From: an uncultured Bilophila sp.
GTDB lineage: Bacteria > Desulfobacterota > Desulfovibrionia > Desulfovibrionales > Desulfovibrionaceae
NCBI GenBank assembly: GCA_910585945.1
Contig: CAJUHZ010000003.1
Span: 4,240 to 68,239, forward strand
Direction of reading: 5' to 3'
Length of the DNA stretch: 64,000 nt
The position numbers and the translations under genes were made by a program. A model generated the notes under the pieces. That model saw nothing but the letters and a program-made list of their open reading frames with translations, ran no database searches and was not told where the DNA came from. Position 1 is the first letter of the stretch, and each line of letters begins with the position of its first letter. This document shows, one piece after another, positions 36,847 to 46,691 of this stretch.

Positions 36847-36878
36847 CCCGCCGTGCACGCGGCGGGGTATTTTTTTTT
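36847..36878 (+). terminator. Intrinsic terminator ~65 nt upstream of greA (leader terminator candidate)
   Basis: cccgccg - tgcacg - cggcggg, then gta and a run of 9 T. Confidence 0.6.
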
Positions 36879-36941
36879 GTCCCCGGCGTGTTTCGGACGT
36901 ATCCGTTCCGAACCTCGCCGGATCTCATTCAGGAGGTTCTT

Positions 36942-37421
36942 ATGGGCAATATCCCCATTTCGCGTGAAGGTTTCCAGGCGCTTGAACAGGAACTGGATCG
37001 TCTGAAGAAGGAACGCCCCGTGGTGATTCAGGCCATCAAGGAGGCCCGGGAGGAAGGCGACCTGAAGGAAAACGCCGGCTACGACGCGGCCCGCGAGCGC
37101 CAGGGAATGCTGGAGGCCCGCATCGCGTATATCGAATCGCGCATGCCCCAGTTCAACGTCATCGATCTGGCCTCCCTGTCCGGGGAAAAGGCCATTTTCG
37201 GCGCCACGGTCTCCGTGGAAGATGTGGACACCGGCGAAACAAAGCAGTTCACGCTGCTCGGACCGGACGAAGCGGACTATTCCAAGGGGAGCATTTCCGT
37301 CCATTCCCCGGTCGGGCAGGCGCTGCTCGGCAAGGAAGTGGGGGACGAAATCACCGTCAACGCGCCGCGCGGGCGCATCAATTACGAGATCACCGACATC
37401 CGCTTCAACCGGGCCAGGTGA
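36942..37421 (+). CDS. greA: Transcription elongation factor GreA
   Basis: MGNIPISREGFQALEQELDRLKKERPVVIQAIKEAREEGDLKENAGYDAARE. ATG follows AGGAGG. Confidence 0.94.
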   Translation: MGNIPISREGFQALEQELDRLKKERPVVIQAIKEAREEGDLKENAGYDAARERQGMLEARIAYIESRMPQFNVIDLASLSGEKAIFGATVSVEDVDTGETKQFTLLGPDEADYSKGSISVHSPVGQALLGKEVGDEITVNAPRGRINYEITDIRFNRAR

Positions 37422-37443
37422 GGCTTTGCCAGGTCTCGTGTCC

Positions 37444-37466
37444 GAAGTCGTTTCATAAATGAGTTG
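37444..37466 (+). repeat. Minimal family-2 derivative (both termini only)
   Basis: gaagtcgtttcat + aaatgagttg. This is the left end (gaagtcatttcat) joined directly to the right end (aaatgagttg) of family 2. Confidence 0.5.
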
Positions 37467-37485
37467 TCGTGATGGATTCCGAACC

Positions 37486-38931
37486 ATGCGCGCGGACTGG
37501 AGCTTTTTTCTCCTCACCTTCGGCTGCAAGGTGAACCAGTACGAAACGCAGGCTGTGCGGGAAGCATGGCTGCGTTACGGCGGCAGGGAAACGGACGATC
37601 CCGCGGGAGCCGACGTCGCCCTGCTCAACACATGCGCCGTCACGGCCAATGCCGTGACCGACGCCCGCCAGGCGGTCCGCCGTCTCCATCGCCTTGCGCC
37701 GGCCCTGCCTCTTGTGGTGGCCGGTTGCGCCTGCAGCGCGGCCCGGGAGGATCTGCTCGCCCTGCCCGGAGTCGTTGCGGCGCTTGCGCCGGAGCGCAAG
37801 GCGGATCTGCTTGATCCCGCACGTTTTTTCGCGTGTATCGGCTTGCGGGAAGACGCCGCATCCGTCTGCCTGCCGGAAGAGGGGCGAGTGGCGGCCACAG
37901 AGAATGCCCCGGCTGCGGCCCGGGGGGCGACGGGAGAGGCGGCGGGGGCGTTCCCGCCCTTTTCCATCACCGGTTTCCGGCGCGCCCGGCCGGTTCTCAA
38001 GGTTCAGGACGGTTGTTCCCGCGCGTGCGCCTACTGCATCGTGCCTCTGGCGCGGGGGCCGTCCCGCTCCCGATCCGCGGAGGACTGTCTGGCCGAGGCA
38101 AGGCGTCTGCTCGGGGCCGGATACCGGGAGATCATGCTTTCGGGCATCAATCTGGGGCAGTACCGGGATCCGCAAGGAGGAGCCGGCGATTTCTGGGAGC
38201 TTTTGCGCCTGCTTGATCGCGCTCTGACCCCGGAGTGGGCCGGGGTGGCCCGTTTGCGGATCAGTTCGGTGGATCCGGCGCAGTTGCTGGACGATCGCTG
38301 TCCGGATCTGCTGGCCGAGGCCCGCATGATCTGCCCGCATCTGCATGTGTCGCTGCAAAGCGGCAGTCCCGACGTGTTGCGGGCCATGCGCCGGCCGCCG
38401 TTCGCGCCGGAACGTCTGGCGGAAGCTGTCGGACGGATCGCGCGCGCCGCCGGCAGGTCAGGGCGCTTTGGGCTTGGCGCGGACATCCTGACGGGCTTTC
38501 CCGGAGAAAGCGAAGCGCATGTGGCGCAAACGCTCGATCTCGTGGACGCCCTGCCTCTGACCTACGCGCATGTGTTTCCCTATTCCATCCGTCCGGGCAC
38601 GGCGGCGGCGGGCTTTGCGGAGCAGGTTCCGACTCCTGTTCGCCGGGAGCGCGCGGCGCGTGTTCGCGCGCTGGTTGAAGCCAAACGCCGGGCGTTCTGG
38701 CAGGCCTCGCTGGAGGCCGGGCTGGCGCGTGTCGCCCCGGAAGGGGACGGCAGTCCCAAGGGGGTGGACGAATGTTATGTGCCGTGCCGCCTTGTCGAAC
38801 CTGTTCCCGAGGGGAGCGCCCCCCCCGGGAGGGTTCCGGGCGGCCAGGCGGATCATGCCCTGCTGGAAGCGCGCCCCGTGGCCGTCACGCGGGAAGGGCT
38901 GCTGGTGGAGGCCGTGGCTCGTCCGGCATGA
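37486..38931 (+). CDS. mtaB: Radical-SAM methylthiotransferase, MtaB-like
   Basis: FGCKVNQYETQ N-terminal cluster motif and CSRACAYC radical-SAM motif. The start could be 37459 or 37486. Confidence 0.8.
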   Translation: MRADWSFFLLTFGCKVNQYETQAVREAWLRYGGRETDDPAGADVALLNTCAVTANAVTDARQAVRRLHRLAPALPLVVAGCACSAAREDLLALPGVVAALAPERKADLLDPARFFACIGLREDAASVCLPEEGRVAATENAPAAARGATGEAAGAFPPFSITGFRRARPVLKVQDGCSRACAYCIVPLARGPSRSRSAEDCLAEARRLLGAGYREIMLSGINLGQYRDPQGGAGDFWELLRLLDRALTPEWAGVARLRISSVDPAQLLDDRCPDLLAEARMICPHLHVSLQSGSPDVLRAMRRPPFAPERLAEAVGRIARAAGRSGRFGLGADILTGFPGESEAHVAQTLDLVDALPLTYAHVFPYSIRPGTAAAGFAEQVPTPVRRERAARVRALVEAKRRAFWQASLEAGLARVAPEGDGSPKGVDECYVPCRLVEPVPEGSAPPGRVPGGQADHALLEARPVAVTREGLLVEAVARPA

Positions 38932-39036
38932 GCGCCCCGCCCCGAAGGCTGTTGCGGCCGCGCGTGCGCCTTGTGCGCGTTTCGCTTCTGGCGTAGGCTT
39001 GTTCCCCGACACACTCTGCAACCTTGCGAGGGGGGT

Positions 39037-39918
39037 ATGATGCGCAGCATGACGGGATTCGGCCGCACGGTCATGGAAGACGCCGACTGGACGCAGATAT
39101 GGGAGATCCGCAGCGTCAACAGCCGCCATCTGGATCTGAAGTGGCGTCTGCCCTCCCAGGCGCGCGGGCTTGAGCCGCGTTTCGAGCGGGTTTTGCGGCG
39201 TTTTGCCGTCAGGGGGCGGGTGGAAATCTCGCTCGTTCTGCAGCAGCGGGAGGGCGCGGGGCCGGCTCTGCGTTTTGACGCGGCCCAGGCTTCCGCCATG
39301 CTCGACGCGGTGGCCGCGCTGGCCGATCTGCATGGGGATGTTTTCGAGCCGGATTACAACCGCCTTTTTGCCGTGCCGTCGCTGTGGGAGCGCCCCGAGG
39401 AGGAAGGCGACGGCGATATGGAAGCCCGCCTTGAGGAAGGGCTTGCCGCCGCGCTGGAAGACTGGAATGAATCCCGCGAAACCGAAGGCGCCGCCCTGGC
39501 GGCGGATCTGGCCGCGCGGGCGGCGCGGCTGGGAGACTGGGTGGCGCTGATGGACGAACGCGCCCCCGCCATCAGGGAAGAACGCTTCGCCATCCTTCGC
39601 GAACGCCTGAGCGATGCTCTGGAAGCGGCCGGCGGCGAACTGGAAGAAGGGCGCTTTCTGCAGGAGATGGTCATCCTGGCCGACCGGCTGGACGTCAGCG
39701 AAGAACTGACCCGCCTTCGCGCCCATCTGGACCGCCTGACCGAATTGCTGACCAGCGGCGCGGACGCGGGCCGCAAGCTTGATTTCACCCTGCAGGAATG
39801 CTTCCGCGAGATCGCCACATGCGGCAACAAGATTCAGGATGCGCATGTTTCGCGTGTGGTTGTGGATTTCAAGAACGAACTGGAAAAATGCCGCGAACAG
39901 GTTCAGAATGTGGAGTAG
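39037..39918 (+). CDS. yicC: YicC family stress-induced protein
   Basis: MMRSMTGFGR...IRSVNSRHLD N-terminus and C-terminal QECFREIATCGNKIQD. 293 aa. Confidence 0.88.
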   Translation: MMRSMTGFGRTVMEDADWTQIWEIRSVNSRHLDLKWRLPSQARGLEPRFERVLRRFAVRGRVEISLVLQQREGAGPALRFDAAQASAMLDAVAALADLHGDVFEPDYNRLFAVPSLWERPEEEGDGDMEARLEEGLAAALEDWNESRETEGAALAADLAARAARLGDWVALMDERAPAIREERFAILRERLSDALEAAGGELEEGRFLQEMVILADRLDVSEELTRLRAHLDRLTELLTSGADAGRKLDFTLQECFREIATCGNKIQDAHVSRVVVDFKNELEKCREQVQNVE

Positions 39919-39924
39919 GCCCGT

Positions 39925-40194
39925 ATGCAGCGGGAACGGTTCATCAACCTCGGCTTCGGCAATTTTGTCGTGGCCTCGCGCGTCATCGGCATATTGAACC
40001 CGGCCTCGTCGCCCATGCGCCGGCTGAGGGAAGACGCGCGGGCGCAGGGGCGGCTTGTGGACGCGACGCAGGGGCGAAAAACCCGCTCGATCATCGTTAC
40101 CGACTCCAACCATGTGATTTTGTCCGCGATTTTGCCCGACACTCTGGGCCAGCGTTTCATCCCGCTGGTTTCGGACGAGCCTGGCGACGAGTAG
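39925..40194 (+). CDS. remA: DUF370 / RemA family protein
   Basis: [20 protein letters not shown]...[30 protein letters not shown]. Confidence 0.88.
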   Translation: MQRERFINLGFGNFVVASRVIGILNPASSPMRRLREDARAQGRLVDATQGRKTRSIIVTDSNHVILSAILPDTLGQRFIPLVSDEPGDE

Positions 40195-40204
40195 GGGGCA
40201 GTGC

Positions 40205-40897
40205 ATGAAAGAAACAGGAGAAAACGCCATGCCTGAAGCCAGCCAGCTTTCCTGCCCGCCGCGCGCGGGCGTCATGCTGGTCATCTGCGCTCCTTCGGGT
40301 GCGGGCAAGACCACGCTGATCCGCCGTCTTCGGGAGGAGTTCCCCTGTTTCGGCTACTCCGTTTCCTGCACCACGCGCGCCCCGCGCCCGCAGGAAGTGG
40401 ATGGAGAGGATTACCACTTCATCAGCGAAGAGACGTTTTGCGCCCGGCGTGCCGCCGGTTTTTTTGCGGAATGCGCCACCGTGCACGGGCATTTCTACGG
40501 CACGCCGCGGGAGCCTGTCCGCGCCATGCTGGCCCAGGGGCGGGACATGCTTTTCGATATCGACGTGCAGGGCGCGGCGCAACTGCGCCTCTCCCTTGTC
40601 GGCGGGGCGTATGTTTTTCTTTTTCCGCCCTCCATGCGGGAGCTTGAGCGGCGTTTGCGCGCCCGCGGCACCGAGGATGCGGCAAGCATCCGCCGTCGTC
40701 TCGAGGGGGCCGAACGGGAAATGCGCGAGGCGCACTGGTTTGATGCGTGGATCGTCAACGAGGACCTGGACCGCGCCTACGACGAATTGCGCGCCGCTTT
40801 TCTGGCCGCAACGCTTGATCCGAGGCGTCGTCCCTCTCTGGCAACCTCAATTGTGGAAGGATGGGAGCCTCATGCCGGAACTGATTGTCGCTCTTGA
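40205..40897 (+). CDS. gmk: Guanylate kinase
   Basis: APSGAGKTT P-loop and TTRAPRPQEVDGEDYHF. The start could be 40205 or 40229. The 3' end overlaps pyrF by 26 bp. Confidence 0.9.
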   Translation: MKETGENAMPEASQLSCPPRAGVMLVICAPSGAGKTTLIRRLREEFPCFGYSVSCTTRAPRPQEVDGEDYHFISEETFCARRAAGFFAECATVHGHFYGTPREPVRAMLAQGRDMLFDIDVQGAAQLRLSLVGGAYVFLFPPSMRELERRLRARGTEDAASIRRRLEGAEREMREAHWFDAWIVNEDLDRAYDELRAAFLAATLDPRRRPSLATSIVEGWEPHAGTDCRS

Positions 40898-41564
40898 TTA
40901 TACGGATGCCCTTGACGCCTTCACCATGGCCGGATCGTTGCGCCACGAGACGCGCTGGGTCAAGGTGGGGCTTGAACTGTTTACCCGTGAAGGCCCGCGC
41001 GTGGTGCAGACCCTGAAGGGCATGGGCTTCAAGGTGATGGTTGACCTCAAGATGTTCGACATCCCGAATACGGTGCGCGGAGGCGTGCGCGCGGCCTGCT
41101 GGATTGGGGCGGATCTGATCACGCTGCATCTGCTCGGCGGGGAGCGCATGATCCGCGCGGCGGTGGAAGAGGCGGCGGAGCGCGCCGCCACCGGCGGGGA
41201 GCGCCCCCTGCTTTTTGGCGTGACCGTGCTGACGAGCATGGAACCGGGGGATCTGCCCGGTTACGACGGGGATATCGCCGGGCTTGCCGGCGAGCTGGCC
41301 GACGGGGCGGCGGCCTGGGGGCTGGACGGCGTGGTCTGCTCCGGCTTTGAGGCCAGGGCCATCAAGAGCCGGCATCCGAATCTGCTGTGCCTGACGCCGG
41401 GCATCCGGCCCGCGGGCGGCGGTTCGGACGATCAGCGTCGGATCATGACGCCCGCGAAGGCCGTGGCCGAAGGGAGCGATTTTCTTGTGGTTGGCCGGCC
41501 GGTGACCAGGGCGGACGATCCCGCCGCGGCCGCGCGGGCCATTGTGCGGGAAATAGCCTCGTAG
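40872..41564 (+). CDS. pyrF: Orotidine 5'-phosphate decarboxylase
   Basis: LIVALDY, VDLKMFDIPNT, and the C-terminal VVGRPV. Confidence 0.92.
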   Translation: MPELIVALDYTDALDAFTMAGSLRHETRWVKVGLELFTREGPRVVQTLKGMGFKVMVDLKMFDIPNTVRGGVRAACWIGADLITLHLLGGERMIRAAVEEAAERAATGGERPLLFGVTVLTSMEPGDLPGYDGDIAGLAGELADGAAAWGLDGVVCSGFEARAIKSRHPNLLCLTPGIRPAGGGSDDQRRIMTPAKAVAEGSDFLVVGRPVTRADDPAAAARAIVREIAS

Positions 41565-41609
41565 CCGGCGCGCTCGCGCGGGCGAAACCTTTTTGTCAAG
41601 GAGATCGTC

Positions 41610-42524
41610 ATGAGCGAAACCCAGAATGATGCGCCGGGCGCGCAGAAGGAAAAAAGGATGCGGGGCGTTTTTTCGTCGCAGGAGGTTCGTGTCGTCGGTA
41701 CCGGAACCACCCGCCGCAAGTCGATTCACAAGGTTTTCTGGTTTGTGGAGCAGGACGAGAAGGGCGCGATCCAGGTGCAGCCCATCAACACAAACTATGT
41801 TCCCACCGGCGCGAAGAAAACCATCACTATGGAAGAACTCCTGGAAAAGTACTCGCCCGAGCCGGAATTTTATGTGCAGTCGGTCTTTCCCAAAATCCGG
41901 GAACTCAACGAATCTGTGGATCGTGGCGACAAGTGCCGGGAGAAGGGCGAAAACTTCAGCGCCGAATTCGCCTACGACAGCGCGTTGAAGCTGGATGAGG
42001 AAAACGTGCGCGCCAATTTCGGGATTGGCCTGACGTATCTTGCGCGCGGCGAGGTGGACAAGGCGGACAATATTTTTGAACGTCTTGTTCATCTGGATGC
42101 GGCCTTTGAAGAGGAGCACAAGCACCTTTTCAACGACTTTGGCATGAACCTCCGCAAGAACAAGATGTACAAGCAGGCGGAGGAATACTACGCCCGCGCT
42201 CTGGAACTGAGCAAGGCCGATGAAAACCTGCATATCAACCTTGCCCGGACGCTGCTTGAAGGCAAGGATATGGAGGGGTGCGCCAAGCATCTTGTGGAAG
42301 CGCTCAGGCTCGCGCCGGGCAATGAAACGGCCCTCAAGTTCCTTGACTGGCTGGAAAAGAAAAACCTCATCCCCCCCGATTTGAGAGAAACAGTGCACGC
42401 CGCGCGGGAAGGGCGCTTTGCCCCGCCGCCGGCCGAAGCAGGGGCCGGACTGTCGCTTGAGGCGGATGTTCCGGATGCGCCGGATGCGCCGGATGCGGCG
42501 GAGCAGGCCGGTTCCGATGAATAA
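41610..42524 (+). CDS. TPR-repeat protein
   Basis: TPR-like helices (ANFGIGLTYLARGEVDKADNIFERLV; YKQAEEYYARALEL). The C-terminus contains PDAPDAPDA. Confidence 0.75.
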   Translation: MSETQNDAPGAQKEKRMRGVFSSQEVRVVGTGTTRRKSIHKVFWFVEQDEKGAIQVQPINTNYVPTGAKKTITMEELLEKYSPEPEFYVQSVFPKIRELNESVDRGDKCREKGENFSAEFAYDSALKLDEENVRANFGIGLTYLARGEVDKADNIFERLVHLDAAFEEEHKHLFNDFGMNLRKNKMYKQAEEYYARALELSKADENLHINLARTLLEGKDMEGCAKHLVEALRLAPGNETALKFLDWLEKKNLIPPDLRETVHAAREGRFAPPPAEAGAGLSLEADVPDAPDAPDAAEQAGSDE

Positions 42525-42683
42525 ACGCGGCGGGAGCAGGGCGTTTCGGCCCGGCAGGGCGGCCCGGATTCCCGCTCTCCGGGGCGGCGGCCGTATTGCG
42601 TGCCCTGTCGTGCGCCCTGTCGCGCTGTTTGGCGTGAAGAGGACAGGACGCCGTATTGCGCGCGAGACGGCGCGGGGCGCGGC

Positions 42684-44417
42684 GTGAAACGCTGGCGATT
42701 CCGCGCTGCCGCGCCGGACGCCGGGGACGTCCGGAAAACAGCGGCCCGGCTCGGCGTGCCGCCCCTGATTGTGCGGCTTCTCCGCCAGCGGGGTCTTGCG
42801 GACGTGGCGGAAATGGACGCCTTCCTTTCTCCGAACCTGCGTCATCTGGCGGCGCCCGATCTGTGGCCCGGCATGGCGCGGGCGGCGGAAACCCTTGAAA
42901 AGGCCGCGCTGGAAGGCAAGACGATCGTGATCTGGGGTGATTACGACGTGGACGGAATCACCGGTTCCACGTTGGCCCTGGAGACGCTCTCCTTTCACGG
43001 CGTTTCCGCCCGTGTGCACCTGCCGGATCGCCGGCGTGAGGGCTACGGCCTGAATATTCCGGAACTCGAACGGCTGGCCGGCGAGGGCGCGAACGTGCTG
43101 CTGACAGTCGATTGCGGCATCAGCGACACGGCGGCCGTGGCCCGGGCGCGCGAACTCGGTCTGACCGTTGTTGTTTCCGACCATCATTTGCCGCCTCCCT
43201 GCCTGCCCGAGGCCCATGCCGTCGTCAATCCGAAGCTCCCGCCGGAACAGGGCGGCGGGGAAAATCCCTGCCCGCATCTTGCCGGTGTGGGCGTCGCCTT
43301 TTACCTCATGGCCGATCTCAACGCCCGGCTGGCCGCCCGTACCGGCCGCCGCATGGACATGCGTCAGACGCTTGATCTGGTGGCTCTGGGAACCCTGGCG
43401 GACATGGTCCCCCTCACGGGGCAGAATCGCATCCTGGTCAAGAACGGCCTGCTGAAAATCGCGGAAGCGCGGCGTCCGGGGCTGGCCGCGCTGAAGTCCG
43501 TGAGCGGGTATGCCCCCGCGGCTGTCCTGGGCGCCGGGCAGGTGGTGTTCAACCTTGCCCCCCGAATCAACGCCGCCGGACGGTTGGGAAGTCCGCGCCT
43601 GGCGCACGAACTGCTGCTTGCCTCGGAGCATGATGAAGCGGCCCCTCTGGCCGGAAGACTGGACGAGATGAACACGGCGCGGCGCGCCGAAGAAGAGCGC
43701 ATTTTCACCGCGGCGCACGAGCAGGCGCTGAACTGCCCGGACAGCGTCGGGCTTGTGCTGTACGGGGAAGACTGGCACCAGGGCGTCATCGGGATCGTGG
43801 CTTCGCGCATTGTGGAAGCCCTGTACCGGCCCGTGCTCATTTTGTGCGCGGACGGGGCCATGCTGAAGGGATCCGGGCGTTCTGTAAGCGAGTTTGACCT
43901 CCACGCCGGCCTGTGCCAGTGCGCGGACGTGCTGGCGGGCTTCGGCGGGCACAGACAGGCCGCCGGCCTGCGCCTTGATCCGAAACGCCTGCCCGAACTG
44001 CGCGAACGCTTTGACGCGGCGGCGCGCGCCGCCCTGGGCGACACGCCGCTGACCCCCTCGCTGACCATCGACAGTGAACTTGGCTTTGCCGAAGCCTCGG
44101 ATTTCACTGTGCTGAAGGCTCTGGAACTGTTGCAGCCCTTTGGCGTGGGCAATCCGGAGCCGGTGTTCGCCTCGACGCCGCTGCTGGTGCGCAAGCGCCG
44201 CGTTTTTGGTCACGGCAGGGAACATGTGGCGCTTGATGTGGTGGAGGAAAGCTCGGGCATCAGCCTCCAGGCCAAGGCGTGGAGGGCGGCCGAGGCGCTC
44301 CCGCCGTCAATCGCCGGCCGCCGCCTGCGCCTTGCGTTCACGCCCGGCATCAACGCCTATAACGGGATTGCGTCCATTGAACTCACGGTGAAGGATTGGG
44401 AATTCCTCGACGCCTGA
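42684..44417 (+). CDS. recJ: Single-stranded-DNA-specific exonuclease RecJ
   Basis: DHH motifs GDYDVDG, VDCGI and SDHH, plus a DHHA1 GGH motif. Start is uncertain: GTG at 42684, with the ORF open from ATG 42600. Confidence 0.9.
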   Translation: MKRWRFRAAAPDAGDVRKTAARLGVPPLIVRLLRQRGLADVAEMDAFLSPNLRHLAAPDLWPGMARAAETLEKAALEGKTIVIWGDYDVDGITGSTLALETLSFHGVSARVHLPDRRREGYGLNIPELERLAGEGANVLLTVDCGISDTAAVARARELGLTVVVSDHHLPPPCLPEAHAVVNPKLPPEQGGGENPCPHLAGVGVAFYLMADLNARLAARTGRRMDMRQTLDLVALGTLADMVPLTGQNRILVKNGLLKIAEARRPGLAALKSVSGYAPAAVLGAGQVVFNLAPRINAAGRLGSPRLAHELLLASEHDEAAPLAGRLDEMNTARRAEEERIFTAAHEQALNCPDSVGLVLYGEDWHQGVIGIVASRIVEALYRPVLILCADGAMLKGSGRSVSEFDLHAGLCQCADVLAGFGGHRQAAGLRLDPKRLPELRERFDAAARAALGDTPLTPSLTIDSELGFAEASDFTVLKALELLQPFGVGNPEPVFASTPLLVRKRRVFGHGREHVALDVVEESSGISLQAKAWRAAEALPPSIAGRRLRLAFTPGINAYNGIASIELTVKDWEFLDA

Positions 44418-44484
44418 ACCGTGTCCGGAATGCTCCTCGCCATTCAGCCATTGGGATGAATCACACAACGATTTGGAGGGAACA

Positions 44485-45084
44485 ATGAAAGAGCGCGCCT
44501 TGCGTATTGTCATGCTGGTTTTCGGGCTTGCCCTGGGGCTGTGCCTCATGCCGGCGGCGGACGCCGCAGCGGCCGGCGGGATGCCGCAAGTGGCGATCCA
44601 GACCAGCCTCGGTGACATTGTTGTGGAACTCGACACGGAGAAGGCCCCGGAAACGGCGCGCAATTTTCTCTATTACGTCAAAAGCGGCTTTTACAACGAC
44701 ACCATCTTTCATCGGGTCATTGACGGGTTCATGATCCAGGGCGGCGGCCTGACGGCCGACATGAAAGACAAACCCAACAAGCGCAAGCCCATTCGCAACG
44801 AGGCGGGCAACGGTTTGTCCAACAACGCCTACACCATCGCCATGGCCCGCACGCAGGAGCCGCACTCCGCCACGTCGCAGTTTTTTATCAACGTCGTGGA
44901 CAATCCGGCTCTGGATCACCGCAATGATTCGCCGCAGGGCTACGGGTACGCCGTCTTCGGCAGAGTGATCAGGGGGCAGGATGTGGTGGACAAGATCAGG
45001 CGCGTGCCTACCGGGCGATCCGGCATGCACGCTGATGTCCCGAAGACGCCTGTGGTGATCAAGGCCGTCGTGCCCGTGCAGTAG
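44485..45084 (+). CDS. Peptidyl-prolyl cis-trans isomerase (cyclophilin type), secreted
   Basis: Signal peptide [27 protein letters not shown] and cyclophilin motif [14 protein letters not shown]. Confidence 0.92.
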   Translation: MKERALRIVMLVFGLALGLCLMPAADAAAAGGMPQVAIQTSLGDIVVELDTEKAPETARNFLYYVKSGFYNDTIFHRVIDGFMIQGGGLTADMKDKPNKRKPIRNEAGNGLSNNAYTIAMARTQEPHSATSQFFINVVDNPALDHRNDSPQGYGYAVFGRVIRGQDVVDKIRRVPTGRSGMHADVPKTPVVIKAVVPVQ

Positions 45085-45287
45085 AGGTTCAATGGAAGCG
45101 CCTTGGAGACCCGGCGGAGAAAAAGCGCGGGGAGACTCTCCGGAATCGCCCTGTCCCGGAACGCAACCGGAGCGCCGGGGGCAGGGCGCATACGGAATTG
45201 CCCCCCGTCCGGCAATATGCTACTGCTACGAGACGTGCCGATACGCCGGCGGCGCAACGGGCAAGTCGCCGGCTCCAGGAGAGTTCC

Positions 45288-45749
45288 ATGAGAAAGCAGT
45301 TCAGCCTTGTCGTTGCCGTATGCGCGTCCCTTGCTCTGGCCGGGGGCTGTACCAATTACAGCGCCGACGTCTACTCGGGGTCTCAGGTGCGGAGCGTCCA
45401 GACGGTGGAATACGGCACGGTGGAATCCGTCCGGCCTGTCACCCTGGAAGAGGAACGCGCCCCTGTGCTCGGAACGGCCGCCGGCGGCGTTGTCGGCGGC
45501 ATTGTCGGCAACATGTTCGGCCACGGGCGCGGACGCACGCTTGCGACCATTGCTGGCGCGGCCCTGGGCGCGGGAGCCGGCTATGCCGGGGAAAAGGCCG
45601 TCACCAAACAAAACGGTCTGGAGATTGAGGTCAGGCTGGAAAGCGGGCAGATCCTCTCCATCGTGCAGGGGGCGGATCAGTCGTTCGCTCCGGGCGAACG
45701 GGTGCGTGTTCTGCGCGGCGTGGACGGAACCTCTCGCGTCTCGCGCTGA
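45288..45749 (+). CDS. Glycine-zipper outer-membrane lipoprotein (SlyB/Pcp-like)
   Basis: Lipobox LALAGGC and glycine zippers GGVVGGIVGNMFG and GAALGAGAGY. Confidence 0.8.
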   Translation: MRKQFSLVVAVCASLALAGGCTNYSADVYSGSQVRSVQTVEYGTVESVRPVTLEEERAPVLGTAAGGVVGGIVGNMFGHGRGRTLATIAGAALGAGAGYAGEKAVTKQNGLEIEVRLESGQILSIVQGADQSFAPGERVRVLRGVDGTSRVSR

Positions 45750-45881
45750 CGCGGGGCGGCGTCGGAAAGCGTTTTCCGCGGCGAGCCGGCTTCCCCGAGC
45801 GGGAGGCGTTGCCGCCGAATGGACAATACAGTTGCATCAGCCGCCGTGCCGCGCACGGCGGTTCAAACACAAGGAGCATCC

Positions 45882-46436
45882 ATGCTGGATCCGAAACAGT
45901 GCGTTCTTTTCAGCGGCGGGGCCGCGGGCACGGAACAGTTTTTCGGCGCCCAGGCCGAAGCCTGGGGCATCGAAGAAGTCAATTACAGCTTTGACGGGCA
46001 CCAGATCGAGCGCCGCCGGGGCGTCCGCATTCTCACCAGCGAGGAACTGGCGCTGAAGGACGTAAGCCTGACCTATGTTTCGCGTCTCATGGGGCGGGAG
46101 TTCACGCGCGCTCCCCTGTTCCGCAAAGTGTTGCAGTCCATTTGCTGGCAGGTGAGCAGCGGGCAGCAGGTTGTCGTCGTCGGCAGCATCCAGCCCGACA
46201 ACACCGTCAAGGGCGGCACTGGCTGGGGCGCGGAGTTCGCCAAAATCTGCAACAAGCCGCTGCTGGTCTTCGATCAGGAAAAGGACGCCTGGTTCTCCTG
46301 GAACAAGGACGCCTGGGAAGAAATGGCCGCTCCCTGTGTCGAGCACACGCATTTCACGGCTACGGGCACGCGTTTTCTGGAGGCCAACGGGCGCAAGGCC
46401 ATTTCCGACCTGTTCGCGCGTTCCTTCAACCGCTGA
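45882..46436 (+). CDS. Hypothetical protein with SLOG/DprA-like Rossmann signature
   Basis: ATG follows AAGGAG. N-terminal VLFSGGAAGTEQFFGAQAEAWG and later GGTGWGAEFAKICNKPLLVF resemble SLOG-type (DUF2493/DprA-like) motifs. This is weak, motif-level evidence only. Confidence 0.55.
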   Translation: MLDPKQCVLFSGGAAGTEQFFGAQAEAWGIEEVNYSFDGHQIERRRGVRILTSEELALKDVSLTYVSRLMGREFTRAPLFRKVLQSICWQVSSGQQVVVVGSIQPDNTVKGGTGWGAEFAKICNKPLLVFDQEKDAWFSWNKDAWEEMAAPCVEHTHFTATGTRFLEANGRKAISDLFARSFNR

Positions 46437-46691
46437 AAATCCGGGGCACTGCCCCCACGCGCAAAACGGGATGGGAGCAGGCGCATTTCGCGCCCGCTCC
46501 CGTTTGCTGAAAGCCGTTTCATCAATGTGACTTCTCCCGCCAGACGACAGATCGACGCAATGATGCGGCCGTTGCGCATGTGGAATGATGCCCGTCGAGC
46601 CGCACACATGCCTTTTGGGGCGCGGATGCCGGATGCCGGGCGCGCCGCATGGGGAATGTGTTTGTATTCCGGCCCCGATTTTGTTACCTGC

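Noticed and set aside
40755-44225. Very long antisense ORFs. Examples: 40755..44225 (1156 aa), 23433..26612 (1059 aa), 53491..56004 (837 aa), 14923..17265 (780 aa), 30881..33046 (721 aa), 9203..11320 (705 aa), 50826..52808 (660 aa), 5943..7901 (652 aa), 17146..19056 (636 aa) and 38458..40314 (618 aa).
   Set aside because: Each lies exactly opposite one or more genes with unmistakable family motifs (recJ, cheA, por, mreB, ilvB, glnN, pta and others). Their translations are Arg/Gly/Ala/Pro-rich with no recognisable domains. In a ~63% GC genome stop codons are rare on the antisense strand, so such shadow ORFs are expected.
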